DNA of 33,613 bases from Candidatus Rokuibacteriota bacterium (GTDB taxonomy: Bacteria > Methylomirabilota > Methylomirabilia > Rokubacteriales > CSP1-6). Made by a program: the position numbers and the translations under genes. Under the pieces are notes generated by a model. That model saw only the letters and a program-made list of their open reading frames with translations. It was not told the DNA's origin and did not search any database. This document shows, piece after piece, positions 8,830 to 17,285 of the stretch. How positions within the stretch are numbered: the first letter of the stretch is position 1; each line of letters starts with the position of its first letter. Location: positions 1 through 33,613 of the forward strand of contig QHSM01000332.1 in assembly GCA_003221595.1 (NCBI GenBank), in the 5' to 3' direction.

Positions 8830-8840
8830 CGCAGTGCGTG
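8828..8840. promoter_or_regulatory. 13-bp perfect palindrome CACGCAgTGCGTG abutting the efflux-operon -10 (candidate operator)
   Basis: The arms cacgca / tgcgtg flank one central base. The last two bases are the TG of the extended -10. A related 9-bp palindrome TGCAgTGCA lies at 3772-3780, upstream of the basic-tail protein gene. Confidence 0.35.
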
Positions 8841-8869
8841 AGACCCCCGGACGGAGGTTGGCTCGCGCG

Positions 8870-8902
8870 CAGTGGACAGACGGTGGACACGCGGTGGATA
8901 CC
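8870..8902 (+). repeat. three direct repeats GTGGACA / GTGGACA / GTGGATA at an exact 11-bp phase (response-regulator-type site architecture)
   Basis: The 11-mers are cAGTGGACAGA (8870-8880), cGGTGGACACG (8881-8891) and cGGTGGATACC (8892-8902). A T5 tract and the nrdJ -35 follow. Confidence 0.6.
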
Positions 8903-8909
8903 TTTTTCC

Positions 8910-8940
8910 TTGACGGCCCCTAGATTCAGCGTGCTAGATT
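8910..8940 (+). promoter_or_regulatory. nrdJ promoter: -35 TTGACG (8910-8915), extended -10 TGcTAGATT (8932-8940)
   Basis: The -10 style matches other boxes in the window (TGcTAGAAT at 11381). The spacer is long (19 nt) if the -35 is used. A T5 tract lies upstream. An alternative -10, TATAGT, is at 8957-8962. Confidence 0.45.
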
Positions 8941-8964
8941 CGCGCACACCACAAGATATAGTGA
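8917..8964 (+). promoter_or_regulatory. pair of NrdR-box-like sites 32 bp apart
   Basis: Box 2, ccacaagatatagtga (8949-8964), matches 13/16 positions of the NrdR consensus acaCwAtATaTwGtgt. Box 1, cccctagattcagcgt (8917-8932), matches 10/16. The 32-bp start-to-start spacing is that typical of tandem NrdR boxes. The sites overlap the promoter of a ribonucleotide reductase gene. Confidence 0.5.
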
Positions 8965-9010
8965 GGTAGGAAGCTCATTGACTGAAGCCGGTGACGGGAG
9001 GAGGAGTGGA

Positions 9011-11302
9011 ATGCTGTCTGAAACTCGCCCAGCGAAAGTCGGCAAGTGGACCGAACCCGCCTTGCGGATCCTCCGGGAGCGCTACCTCATGCGCCAGGGA
9101 GGCGAGGTCGTCGAGACCCCCGAGGAGATGTGCTGGCGAGTGGCACTGACGATCGCGTCGGGTGAGGCGCGGTACGGCCGGAGCGAGGCGGCAGTCCGGG
9201 AGGTCGCGGCCGCCTTCTACGACATCATGATCGAGGGCGACTTCCTCCCGAACTCGCCGACGCTGATGAATGCCGGCAAGGGCAACGGCCTGCAGTACTC
9301 GGCCTGCTACGTCCTGCCGGTGGGCGACTCGATGGAGGAGATCTTCGACTCGGTCAAGGCCGCCGCGATCATCCACAAGTCGGGCGGCGGGACGGGCTTC
9401 GCGTTCTCCCGCCTGCGGCCCAAGGACGACATCGTCGCCTCGACCGGCGGGCGCGCCTCGGGTCCCGTCTCCTTCCTCCGGGTCTTCAACGGGGCCACGG
9501 AGGCGGTGAAGCAGGGGGGCACCCGGCGCGGCGCCAACATGGGGATTCTCCGGGTCGACCACCCGGACATCCTGGAGTTCATCGACTGCAAGCTCGACGG
9601 GGGCATCACGAACTTCAACATCTCCGTGGCGGCGACCGACCGGTTCATGGACGCCCTGGCCTCGGGCGGCGAGTACGACCTGATCAACCCGCACAGCGGC
9701 GCGGTGACCGGACGGCTCTCGGCCAAGGAGGTCTTCGACCGCATCGTCCGCGCCGCGTGGCGGACGGGCGATCCGGGCATGGTGTTCATCGACCGGATCA
9801 ACGCGAGCCCGGCCAACCCCACGCCCGAGATCGGCGTGGTGGAGGCGACGAATCCGTGCGGAGAGCAGCCGCTCCTGCCCAACGAGGCGTGCAATCTCGG
9901 CTCGCTCAACGTGTCGAAGTTCGCGCGGCGGAGCGACGCGGGCGAGTGGTCGATCGACTGGGACGAGATGGAGCGCGTGGTGCGGCTCGCCGTGCGCTTC
10001 CTCGACGACGTCATCGAGATGAACCCGTATCCGCTGCCGCAGATCGACGACACCGTCAAGGCCAATCGCCGCATCGGCCTGGGCATCATGGGCTGGGCCG
10101 ATCTGCTCTTCACGATGGGTATCCCGTACGACAGCACCGAGGCGATCGAGCTCGCCACGCGGCTCATGGCCTTCGTCAAGGAGAAGTCGCACGATCAGTC
10201 GGCGAAGCTCGCCGAGGAGCGCGGGCCGTTCCCGAACTGGGAGCGCTCGATCTACAAGCACCAGCGGCCGATGCGCAACTCGACGGTCACGACGATCGCG
10301 CCGACCGGCACGATCTCCATGATCGCCGGGTGCTCCTCCGGCGTCGAGCCGATCTTCGCGCTCGCGTTCGAGCACCGCGTGAAGCAGCCTGACGGCGAGC
10401 GCGTCCTGACGTTCGTCAACGAGACGTTCGAGCGGATTGCCAAGGACCAGGGGTTCTACTCGGGCGCGCTCATGCAGGAGATCGTCAAGCGCGGCTCGTT
10501 GCACGGGATCCCCGGACTTCCGGAGCGCGCCGCCCGGGTCTTCAAGACCTCGCACGAGATCGGCTTCGAGTGGCACGTGCGCCATCAGGCCGCGTTCCAG
10601 CGCTCCACCGACAACGGCGTCTCGAAGACGATCAACCTCCCGAACAGCGCGACCGAGGACGACGTGACGAGCGCCTACCAGCTCGCGTGGGAGCTCGGCT
10701 GCATCGGCATCACCGTATTTCGCGACGGGTGCAAGGGCGAGCAGGTGCTGAACATCGGCGTCTCGGCCAAGAAGGACAAGCCCGCCTCCGCGGCGTCGGC
10801 GATGGGCTCGGCCGTCATCAAGCCTCGGCCGCGCGGCCTGAAGGGGTCGACCTACCGCACCCAGACGCCGATCGGAACGGCGTGGATCACCATCACCGAG
10901 AACGAGGAGCACGAGCCCTTCGAGGTCTTCGTCCAGGTCGGCAAGGGCGGCTCCGACACGATGGCGGTGGCCGAGGCTCTCGGGCGTCTGATTTCGCTCA
11001 TTCTGAGGCTTCCTTCGCCGCTCTCGGCTCAGCGGCGGCTGGAAGAGGTCATCGGCCAGCTCTCGCGGATCGGCGGCGGTCAGCCGACGGGCTTCGGGCC
11101 CGCGAAGATCCTCTCGCTGCCGGACGCCCTGTCGCGCACGCTCGCCGAGCACATCGGCGAAGTGAAGCCCGGACCCGAGGTGCCGGTCGCCGCCGAATCG
11201 CGAAAGCAGATCGGCGACCTCTGCAAGGAGTGCGGCCAGGCGACGTTCGTGTACGAGGAAGGCTGCAAGAAGTGCCTGTCGTGCGGCTTCAACGAGTGCT
11301 GA
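9011..11302 (+). CDS. nrdJ: class II (adenosylcobalamin-dependent) ribonucleotide reductase
   Basis: This is ORF 8978..11302. ATG 9011 is preferred because GGAGG (9000-9004) lies 6 nt upstream. Motifs include LPNSPTLMNAG, ACYVL, GGGTGFAFSRLRP, NPCGEQPL, TIAPTGTIS and GVSKTINLP. The C-terminus is a Zn-ribbon, CKECG...CKKCLSCG. Confidence 0.9.
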   Translation: MLSETRPAKVGKWTEPALRILRERYLMRQGGEVVETPEEMCWRVALTIASGEARYGRSEAAVREVAAAFYDIMIEGDFLPNSPTLMNAGKGNGLQYSACYVLPVGDSMEEIFDSVKAAAIIHKSGGGTGFAFSRLRPKDDIVASTGGRASGPVSFLRVFNGATEAVKQGGTRRGANMGILRVDHPDILEFIDCKLDGGITNFNISVAATDRFMDALASGGEYDLINPHSGAVTGRLSAKEVFDRIVRAAWRTGDPGMVFIDRINASPANPTPEIGVVEATNPCGEQPLLPNEACNLGSLNVSKFARRSDAGEWSIDWDEMERVVRLAVRFLDDVIEMNPYPLPQIDDTVKANRRIGLGIMGWADLLFTMGIPYDSTEAIELATRLMAFVKEKSHDQSAKLAEERGPFPNWERSIYKHQRPMRNSTVTTIAPTGTISMIAGCSSGVEPIFALAFEHRVKQPDGERVLTFVNETFERIAKDQGFYSGALMQEIVKRGSLHGIPGLPERAARVFKTSHEIGFEWHVRHQAAFQRSTDNGVSKTINLPNSATEDDVTSAYQLAWELGCIGITVFRDGCKGEQVLNIGVSAKKDKPASAASAMGSAVIKPRPRGLKGSTYRTQTPIGTAWITITENEEHEPFEVFVQVGKGGSDTMAVAEALGRLISLILRLPSPLSAQRRLEEVIGQLSRIGGGQPTGFGPAKILSLPDALSRTLAEHIGEVKPGPEVPVAAESRKQIGDLCKECGQATFVYEEGCKKCLSCGFNEC

Positions 11303-11318
11303 TCGGAGTCGAATGATC

Positions 11319-11354
11319 CCGCTCGGGGGACCGCAGCCGAGGTCCCCCGAGCGG
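11319..11354 (+). terminator. hairpin terminator after nrdJ
   Basis: A perfect 14-bp stem pairs ccgctcgggggacc (11319-11332) with ggtcccccgagcgg (11341-11354) around an 8-nt loop. It starts 17 nt after the stop. No U tract follows. Confidence 0.6.
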
Positions 11355-11380
11355 CCGATGTCGATGCCGCCGGGGCCGGA

Positions 11381-11389
11381 TGCTAGAAT
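11381..11389 (+). promoter_or_regulatory. extended -10 box TGcTAGAAT (leaderless geometry) for the 100-aa ORF
   Basis: The sequence reads ggaTGcTAGAATgccggcGTG, with 6 nt between the hexamer and GTG 11396 and no SD. Confidence 0.5.
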
Positions 11390-11395
11390 GCCGGC

Positions 11396-11698
11396 GTGTT
11401 CTCGGGCGGCACGTATCACGAGGTTGCACGCTGGCTCCTGAACTTCCTGACCGCCCACGCCAAGCGGGTCGATCCCCGCGTCGAAGTCGTGTTCGAGGAT
11501 GACGATCATCGGGAAGGGAAGTCCTACCGCGCGCGCCTCCGGTTCGGCCGCCACCTCGGACCGGCCATCGAGCTCGACTTCCGGGAGGTCGCCGACAATC
11601 GAGGCAGCCTTGCCTGGTGCACCCGACTGGCCGAGCGCACGCGGAAGCTGGCTCGCGAGGTCGCCGATCAGGGAGTAGCCGACGCCCGGTCCGGCTAG
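11396..11698 (+). CDS. hypothetical protein (100 aa, no recognisable motif)
   Basis: The ORF starts at GTG. GC3 is strongly G/C-biased throughout, consistent with real coding. The product is MFSGGTYHEVARWLLNFLTAHAKRVDPRVEVVFEDDDHREGKSYRARLRFGRHLGPAIELDF... It has no TM segment or signal peptide. Confidence 0.5.
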   Translation: MFSGGTYHEVARWLLNFLTAHAKRVDPRVEVVFEDDDHREGKSYRARLRFGRHLGPAIELDFREVADNRGSLAWCTRLAERTRKLAREVADQGVADARSG

Positions 11699-11825
11699 CG
11701 CGCGCCCGCACTGGATCCGGGCCGGGGACCTGAACGGCTTCCTCGGTCTCGCCCTCGACAACATCACGCAGCTCGTCATCCTCGCGTCGCTTCTGATCGG
11801 CGTCTTCAAATTCCCGGCCGACCTC

Positions 11826-13223
11826 GTGCTGCAGCGGATGGTTCCGGGGACCGCCCTCGGCGTGCTGGCCGGGGATCTTGCCTACACGTGGCTCGCCGTG
11901 CGGCTCATGCGCCGCACCGGGCGCCGGGACGTCACCGCGATGCCGTTCGGCATCGACACTCCGACGCTGTTCGCGATGGTCTTCGGCGTGCTCGGACCGG
12001 TGATGCTCGCGACGGGCGATCCGGTCCTGGCGTGGAAGGTCGGCATGGCGGCGACGGTCGCGATCGGCCTGGCCAAGCTGGGGCTCGCGTTCGGGGGCGA
12101 CTGGGCGCGCCGCGTCGTCCCCCGCGCCGCGCTCCTCGGCTCGATCGCGGGAATCTCGATTCTGCTGATCGCTTTCCTGGCGATGCTCAAAATCATGCGC
12201 GATCCGCTGGTCGGCCTCGTCGCGCTGCTCGTCTTGCTGCTGGCGCTCTTCGGGCGGGTACGCATGCCGTTCGGGCTTCCGGGCGCGCTGGCGTCGGCGC
12301 TCGCGGGCACGCTGATCTTCTGGGGCCGCGCCTGGCTCGACCTCGGACCCGGTGCCACGATTGCCGCCGGTTCGCTCCGCCCGGCGTTGCCATGGCCCAC
12401 TCTGGGCTGGATCGACGCGGTCTCCCAGACGCTTGCGTATCTGTCGATCGCGCTCCCGTTCGCGCTCGTGACGATCATCGGCGGAATCGACAACACCGAG
12501 AGCGCGGCGGCGGCGGGCGACGAATACCGCGCCCGGGACATACTCTTGACCGAGGCCGCGGCGACGATCCTGGCCGGGTGCTGCGGCGGGGTCGTCCAGA
12601 ACACGCCATACATCGGCCACCCGGCGTACAAGGCGATGGGCGCCGGCGCCGGCTACACGCTGGCGACCGGAATCGTGATCGGAGTGGGCGCGGCGGCGGG
12701 CGTCCTCTCGCTTCTCGTCGCCGTGCTACCCGAGGCGGCGATCGCGCCGATTCTGGTCTTCATCGGACTCGAGATCACCGCCCAGGGGTTTCTGGCGACG
12801 CCGACCCGGCACGGCGCCGCCGTTGCCCTCACGTTCGTGCCGGTGGCGGCCGCGGTCGTGCTCATCGAATCGGGGGCGCTCTTCTCGGCGCTCGGCGCCT
12901 CGCCGGCCGCTCTCCGTGGTGAAGCCGCGCTCGGCTACGAGGCGCTCCTCCTGCTGGGCAACGGGTTCATCCTGACCGCGGTCCTCTGGGGATGGGCGCT
13001 CGCCTCGATCATCGACGAGCGGCTGGGGCTGGCCGGACTCCTCTTCGTGGTGGCGAGTCTCGCCGCGCTCTTCGGTGTGATTCATTCCCCGCTCGCGAAC
13101 GGCGCGCTCTTCTGGCCGTGGGCGGCGCCCTCGCCGATGCCCGGACGGCTGGCCGGCGCCTACGGCGTCCTGGCCGCGCTCGCGTGGCTCGCCGGAACGC
13201 GCGCGCGTCGAATAACTGCTTGA
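11826..13223 (+). CDS. NCS2/AzgA-like (xanthine/uracil/vitamin C permease superfamily) membrane transporter; coding clearly extends upstream to about 11709 without a canonical start
   Basis: The 465-aa polytopic protein contains GGIDNTESAAAAGDEYRARDILLTEAAATILAGCCGGVVQNTPYIGHPAYKAMGAGAGYTL, an NCS2-like core. The in-frame upstream stretch HWIRAGDLNGFLGLALDNITQLVILASLLIGVFKFPADL has coding-type GC3 and forms a first TM helix. It contains no ATG/GTG/TTG after the in-frame TAG at 11676-11678. Confidence 0.6.
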   Translation: MLQRMVPGTALGVLAGDLAYTWLAVRLMRRTGRRDVTAMPFGIDTPTLFAMVFGVLGPVMLATGDPVLAWKVGMAATVAIGLAKLGLAFGGDWARRVVPRAALLGSIAGISILLIAFLAMLKIMRDPLVGLVALLVLLLALFGRVRMPFGLPGALASALAGTLIFWGRAWLDLGPGATIAAGSLRPALPWPTLGWIDAVSQTLAYLSIALPFALVTIIGGIDNTESAAAAGDEYRARDILLTEAAATILAGCCGGVVQNTPYIGHPAYKAMGAGAGYTLATGIVIGVGAAAGVLSLLVAVLPEAAIAPILVFIGLEITAQGFLATPTRHGAAVALTFVPVAAAVVLIESGALFSALGASPAALRGEAALGYEALLLLGNGFILTAVLWGWALASIIDERLGLAGLLFVVASLAALFGVIHSPLANGALFWPWAAPSPMPGRLAGAYGVLAALAWLAGTRARRITA

Positions 13224-13250
13224 CCTCGTTCGTCTCAGGAGTGTTAAATG
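13220..13250 (+). promoter_or_regulatory. sigma70-type promoter for the cytochrome c gene: -35 TTGACC, ~18-nt spacer, -10 TTAAAT (TGt upstream)
   Basis: The sequence reads cTTGACCtcgttcgtctcaggagTGtTAAATg in the only AT-rich stretch of this spacer. The 5' UTR would be about 65 nt, with the SD GAGAGGAGG at 13305-13313. Confidence 0.4.
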
Positions 13251-13261
13251 ACTTTCGTCTT

Positions 13262-13277
13262 TGTGAACGACATCACG
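13262..13277. promoter_or_regulatory. CRP/FNR-family-like palindrome TGTGAacgacaTCACG
   Basis: The site matches 9/10 of TGTGA-N6-TCACA. It lies between the putative -10 and the cytochrome c start codon. Confidence 0.3.
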
Positions 13278-13318
13278 ATCTTCCGTGCCGCGCGAGCTTC
13301 AACGCGAGAGGAGGCGTC

Positions 13319-13720
13319 ATGAGCCCGTTCTGGAAGTCGCTGAGCATAGCCGTCGCCGCGGTCCCGCTCCTCGCATGGGCCGGCGTGGCGGTGGTCTCCG
13401 CCCAGGGGCCGTGGGTGGCGCCAGCCGACGCCAAGGCGATGAAGAATCCGGTGAAGGGTGTGGGGAACGCGAAGAAGACGATCGAGACGAACTGCGTCTC
13501 GTGCCACGGGGCCAGTGGGAAGGGCGACGGTCCGGCGGCGGCGGCGCTGCCGCCGCCCAAGCCTGCCAACTGGACGTCGGCGGCGGTCCAGAGCCACTCC
13601 GACGGCGAGATCTTCTGGAAAATTTCGAACGGTCGTGGCGCCATGCCCCCGTGGAAGCACCTCCCGGAGCAGGAGCGCTGGGAGATCGTGAACTACATCC
13701 GGACCCTGAAGGGGAAGTAG
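13319..13720 (+). CDS. class I c-type cytochrome (monohaem), exported
   Basis: ATG 13319 sits behind a strong SD. The signal peptide is MSPFWKSLSIAVAAVPLLAWAGVAVVSA. Haem motif CVSCH and distal Met region GRGAMPPW are present. The tracked ORF 12992..13720 extends upstream only in-frame through non-coding sequence. Confidence 0.8.
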   Translation: MSPFWKSLSIAVAAVPLLAWAGVAVVSAQGPWVAPADAKAMKNPVKGVGNAKKTIETNCVSCHGASGKGDGPAAAALPPPKPANWTSAAVQSHSDGEIFWKISNGRGAMPPWKHLPEQERWEIVNYIRTLKGK

Positions 13721-13740
13721 CCGCTTCGACCTCGCAACTC

Positions 13741-13774
13741 AAACGCCCCGCCGGGATCTTCGGCGGGGCGTTTT
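13741..13774 (+). terminator. Rho-independent terminator after the cytochrome c gene
   Basis: A perfect 13-bp stem pairs aaacgccccgccg (13741-13753) with cggcggggcgttt (13761-13773) around the loop ggatctt. It ends in TTTT (13771-13774). Confidence 0.75.
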
Positions 13775-13785
13775 CACGCTGACCC

Positions 13786-14742
13786 ATGCGTCTGGCCACG
13801 ATCGACGTCGGCAGCAACACCGTGCGACTGCTGGTCGCCGACGTGCTCGGCGCGGCGAGCTGGCGGGTCGTCGACCAGGACCAGACGGTGACCCGGCTCG
13901 GCGAGGGCCTGGCCCGCTCGGGCCTGCTGGGCGAGGCCCCGATGGCACGAACCCTCGCCGCCGTCCGCGCGTACGTCGAGCGCGGCGTCGGGCTCGGCGC
14001 TCGCGACATCCATATCGTGGCGACCAGCGCCGTGCGCGAGGCGTCCAACGGCCGCGTCTTCGCGTCGGCCATCGAGGCGGCAACCGGCCGGCGGGTCGAC
14101 GTCGTGAGCGGCGAGACGGAGGCCCGTCTCACGCTGCGCGGCGTACGGTGCGCGCTCGGCGCGCTGGCCGGCAGCGTGCTCACGTTCGACATCGGCGGCG
14201 GCAGCACGGAGTACGTGCTGGCCGACGGCGACTCGATTCTGTCCATGGCGAGCCTGCGCCTGGGCGTCGTGCCGCTCGCGGAGCGCTTTCCGTTCCCGGG
14301 CCCCGTGGACGCGCCGCGCTACCGCCTTCTGTGCGACGAGATACGTGCCCGTCTCGACGGCGAATTGCCCGCGGCGATCCGGACGGCCCGCGTCGGCCAC
14401 CTCGTCGGCACGGCCGGAACGGTGACGACGCTCGCGGCCCTCGACCTGGGCCTCGTCCATTACGACGGGACGCGGGTGCAGGGCCACGTGCTGAGCCGCG
14501 CCGCCGTCGATGGGCTCGCGGCTCGACTGGGCCGGCTCACCGTCGTTGAGCGCGCGGCGCTTGCGTGTCTCGAGCCGGGCCGGGCCGACCTCATCGTCCC
14601 GGGTACCGCCATCGTCACGGTGACCATGGATCTGGTGGAGGTCGGGAGCTTGCGGGTGAGCGACTACGGGCTGCGCGAGGGCCTTCTGATGGACGCGATC
14701 GGCGACCGCCCGCGATTTGACACTCCGGGAGACGGCGACTAG
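13786..14742 (+). CDS. Ppx/GppA-family phosphatase (exopolyphosphatase / pppGpp 5'-phosphohydrolase, short form)
   Basis: ASKHA-fold motifs are present: ATIDVGSNTVRLLVA, VATSAVREASNG, LTFDIGGGSTEYV and VGTAGTVTTLA. The length of 318 aa is typical of the two-domain short Ppx/GppA. Confidence 0.85.
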   Translation: MRLATIDVGSNTVRLLVADVLGAASWRVVDQDQTVTRLGEGLARSGLLGEAPMARTLAAVRAYVERGVGLGARDIHIVATSAVREASNGRVFASAIEAATGRRVDVVSGETEARLTLRGVRCALGALAGSVLTFDIGGGSTEYVLADGDSILSMASLRLGVVPLAERFPFPGPVDAPRYRLLCDEIRARLDGELPAAIRTARVGHLVGTAGTVTTLAALDLGLVHYDGTRVQGHVLSRAAVDGLAARLGRLTVVERAALACLEPGRADLIVPGTAIVTVTMDLVEVGSLRVSDYGLREGLLMDAIGDRPRFDTPGDGD

Positions 14743-14745
14743 ACT
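14717..14745 (+). promoter_or_regulatory. sigma70-type promoter: perfect -35 TTGACA, 17-nt spacer, -10 TAGACT, 12 nt to the HNH ATG
   Basis: The sequence reads atTTGACActccgggagacggcgacTAGACTaactcggtaagtATG. The promoter lies inside the 3' end of the Ppx gene, and the TAG of its -10 box is the ppx stop codon. Confidence 0.55.
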
Positions 14746-14757
14746 AACTCGGTAAGT

Positions 14758-15288
14758 ATGGATGAAATTGCGGTATTAGTGCTCAACTACACTTTTGAGC
14801 CGCTGCATTTCACCAACGCTCGCCGCGCGATCACACTGCTCCTGGCCGGGAAGGCAGAGGCCGTCGAGGCTTCTCCTCGAGTGGTGCGGTCCCCCTCGGT
14901 GACGTTCGCGCTACCGGCGGTGATCCGGCTGGCCATGTACATCCGCAAGCCGTTTCTCGATCGCGTGGCCTTCAACAAGAAGAACATCCTGCGCCGGGAC
15001 GGGTACACCTGCCAGTACTGCAACCGCCGCGGCGAGCGGCTGACCGTCGACCACGTCGTGCCGCGCTCGCGCGGGGGCGAGACGACCTGGATCAACGTGG
15101 TCGCCGCGTGTCTGCGCTGCAATCTGCGCAAGGGCAACCGTCTGCCCGACGAGGTCGGAATGCGGCTCATTCGCGACCCGATCCATCCGAAGTTCGTCTT
15201 CTCCACGCACATGCTGCGGCACCCCCACGCGCACTCGCTGCTCGATTCGTGGCGCAAGTACCTGCTGGCGGTCCCGACGCCATCCTGA
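14758..15288 (+). CDS. HNH endonuclease (McrA-like small HNH family)
   Basis: The HNH core is YTCQYCNRRGERLTVDHVVPRSRGGETTWINVVAACLRCNLRKGN (CxxC...DH...N...CxxCN). The first ~20 codons are AT3-rich. Confidence 0.85.
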   Translation: MDEIAVLVLNYTFEPLHFTNARRAITLLLAGKAEAVEASPRVVRSPSVTFALPAVIRLAMYIRKPFLDRVAFNKKNILRRDGYTCQYCNRRGERLTVDHVVPRSRGGETTWINVVAACLRCNLRKGNRLPDEVGMRLIRDPIHPKFVFSTHMLRHPHAHSLLDSWRKYLLAVPTPS

Positions 15289-15302
15289 CGTAGCCCGGCG
15301 CC

Positions 15303-17281
<1,979 letters not shown>

Positions 17282-17285
<4 letters not shown>

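Noticed and set aside
8813-8947. N-terminal extensions offered by the ORF track: tolC-like from GTG 8947, nrdJ from TTG 8978, nth from 2815, the ABC ATPase from 6055, the cytochrome c from 12992, and leuS from 19018.
   Set aside because: The extensions have poor GC3, precede obvious signal peptides or conserved N-termini, overlap neighbouring genes or regulatory motifs, and lack SD or -10 support. The internal starts have such support.
8941-9010. A cobalamin riboswitch upstream of the B12-dependent nrdJ.
   Set aside because: The leader is only about 60 nt, far shorter than a B12 aptamer, and I could not find a B12-box-like core. NrdR-type control explains the region better.
8975-11809. Very long antisense ORFs opposite confident genes. 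Examples are 8975..11809(-) at 944 aa opposite nrdJ, 14787..17075(-) at 762 aa opposite uvrB, 19426..21459(-) at 677 aa opposite leuS, and 3148..5211(-) as a single 687-aa ORF.
   Set aside because: These are typical shadow ORFs of a ~70% GC genome. Their translations are R/G/P/A/D-rich low-complexity strings without motifs. Their codon position 3 is not GC-enriched. The opposite strand or another frame carries unmistakable conserved proteins. ORF 3148..5211 joins the real 195-aa gene with a stop-free out-of-frame stretch running across the permease gene.
14747-14757. The identical 11-mer actcggtaagt immediately before the start codons of the HNH gene (14747-14757) and holA (22610-22620).
   Set aside because: It is striking by position, but 10-11-mers recur by chance hundreds of times in a 33-kb window. 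It is not SD-like and fits no known element, and with only two copies I cannot separate it from coincidence. It would be worth a genome-wide count, but I am not claiming it as a feature.
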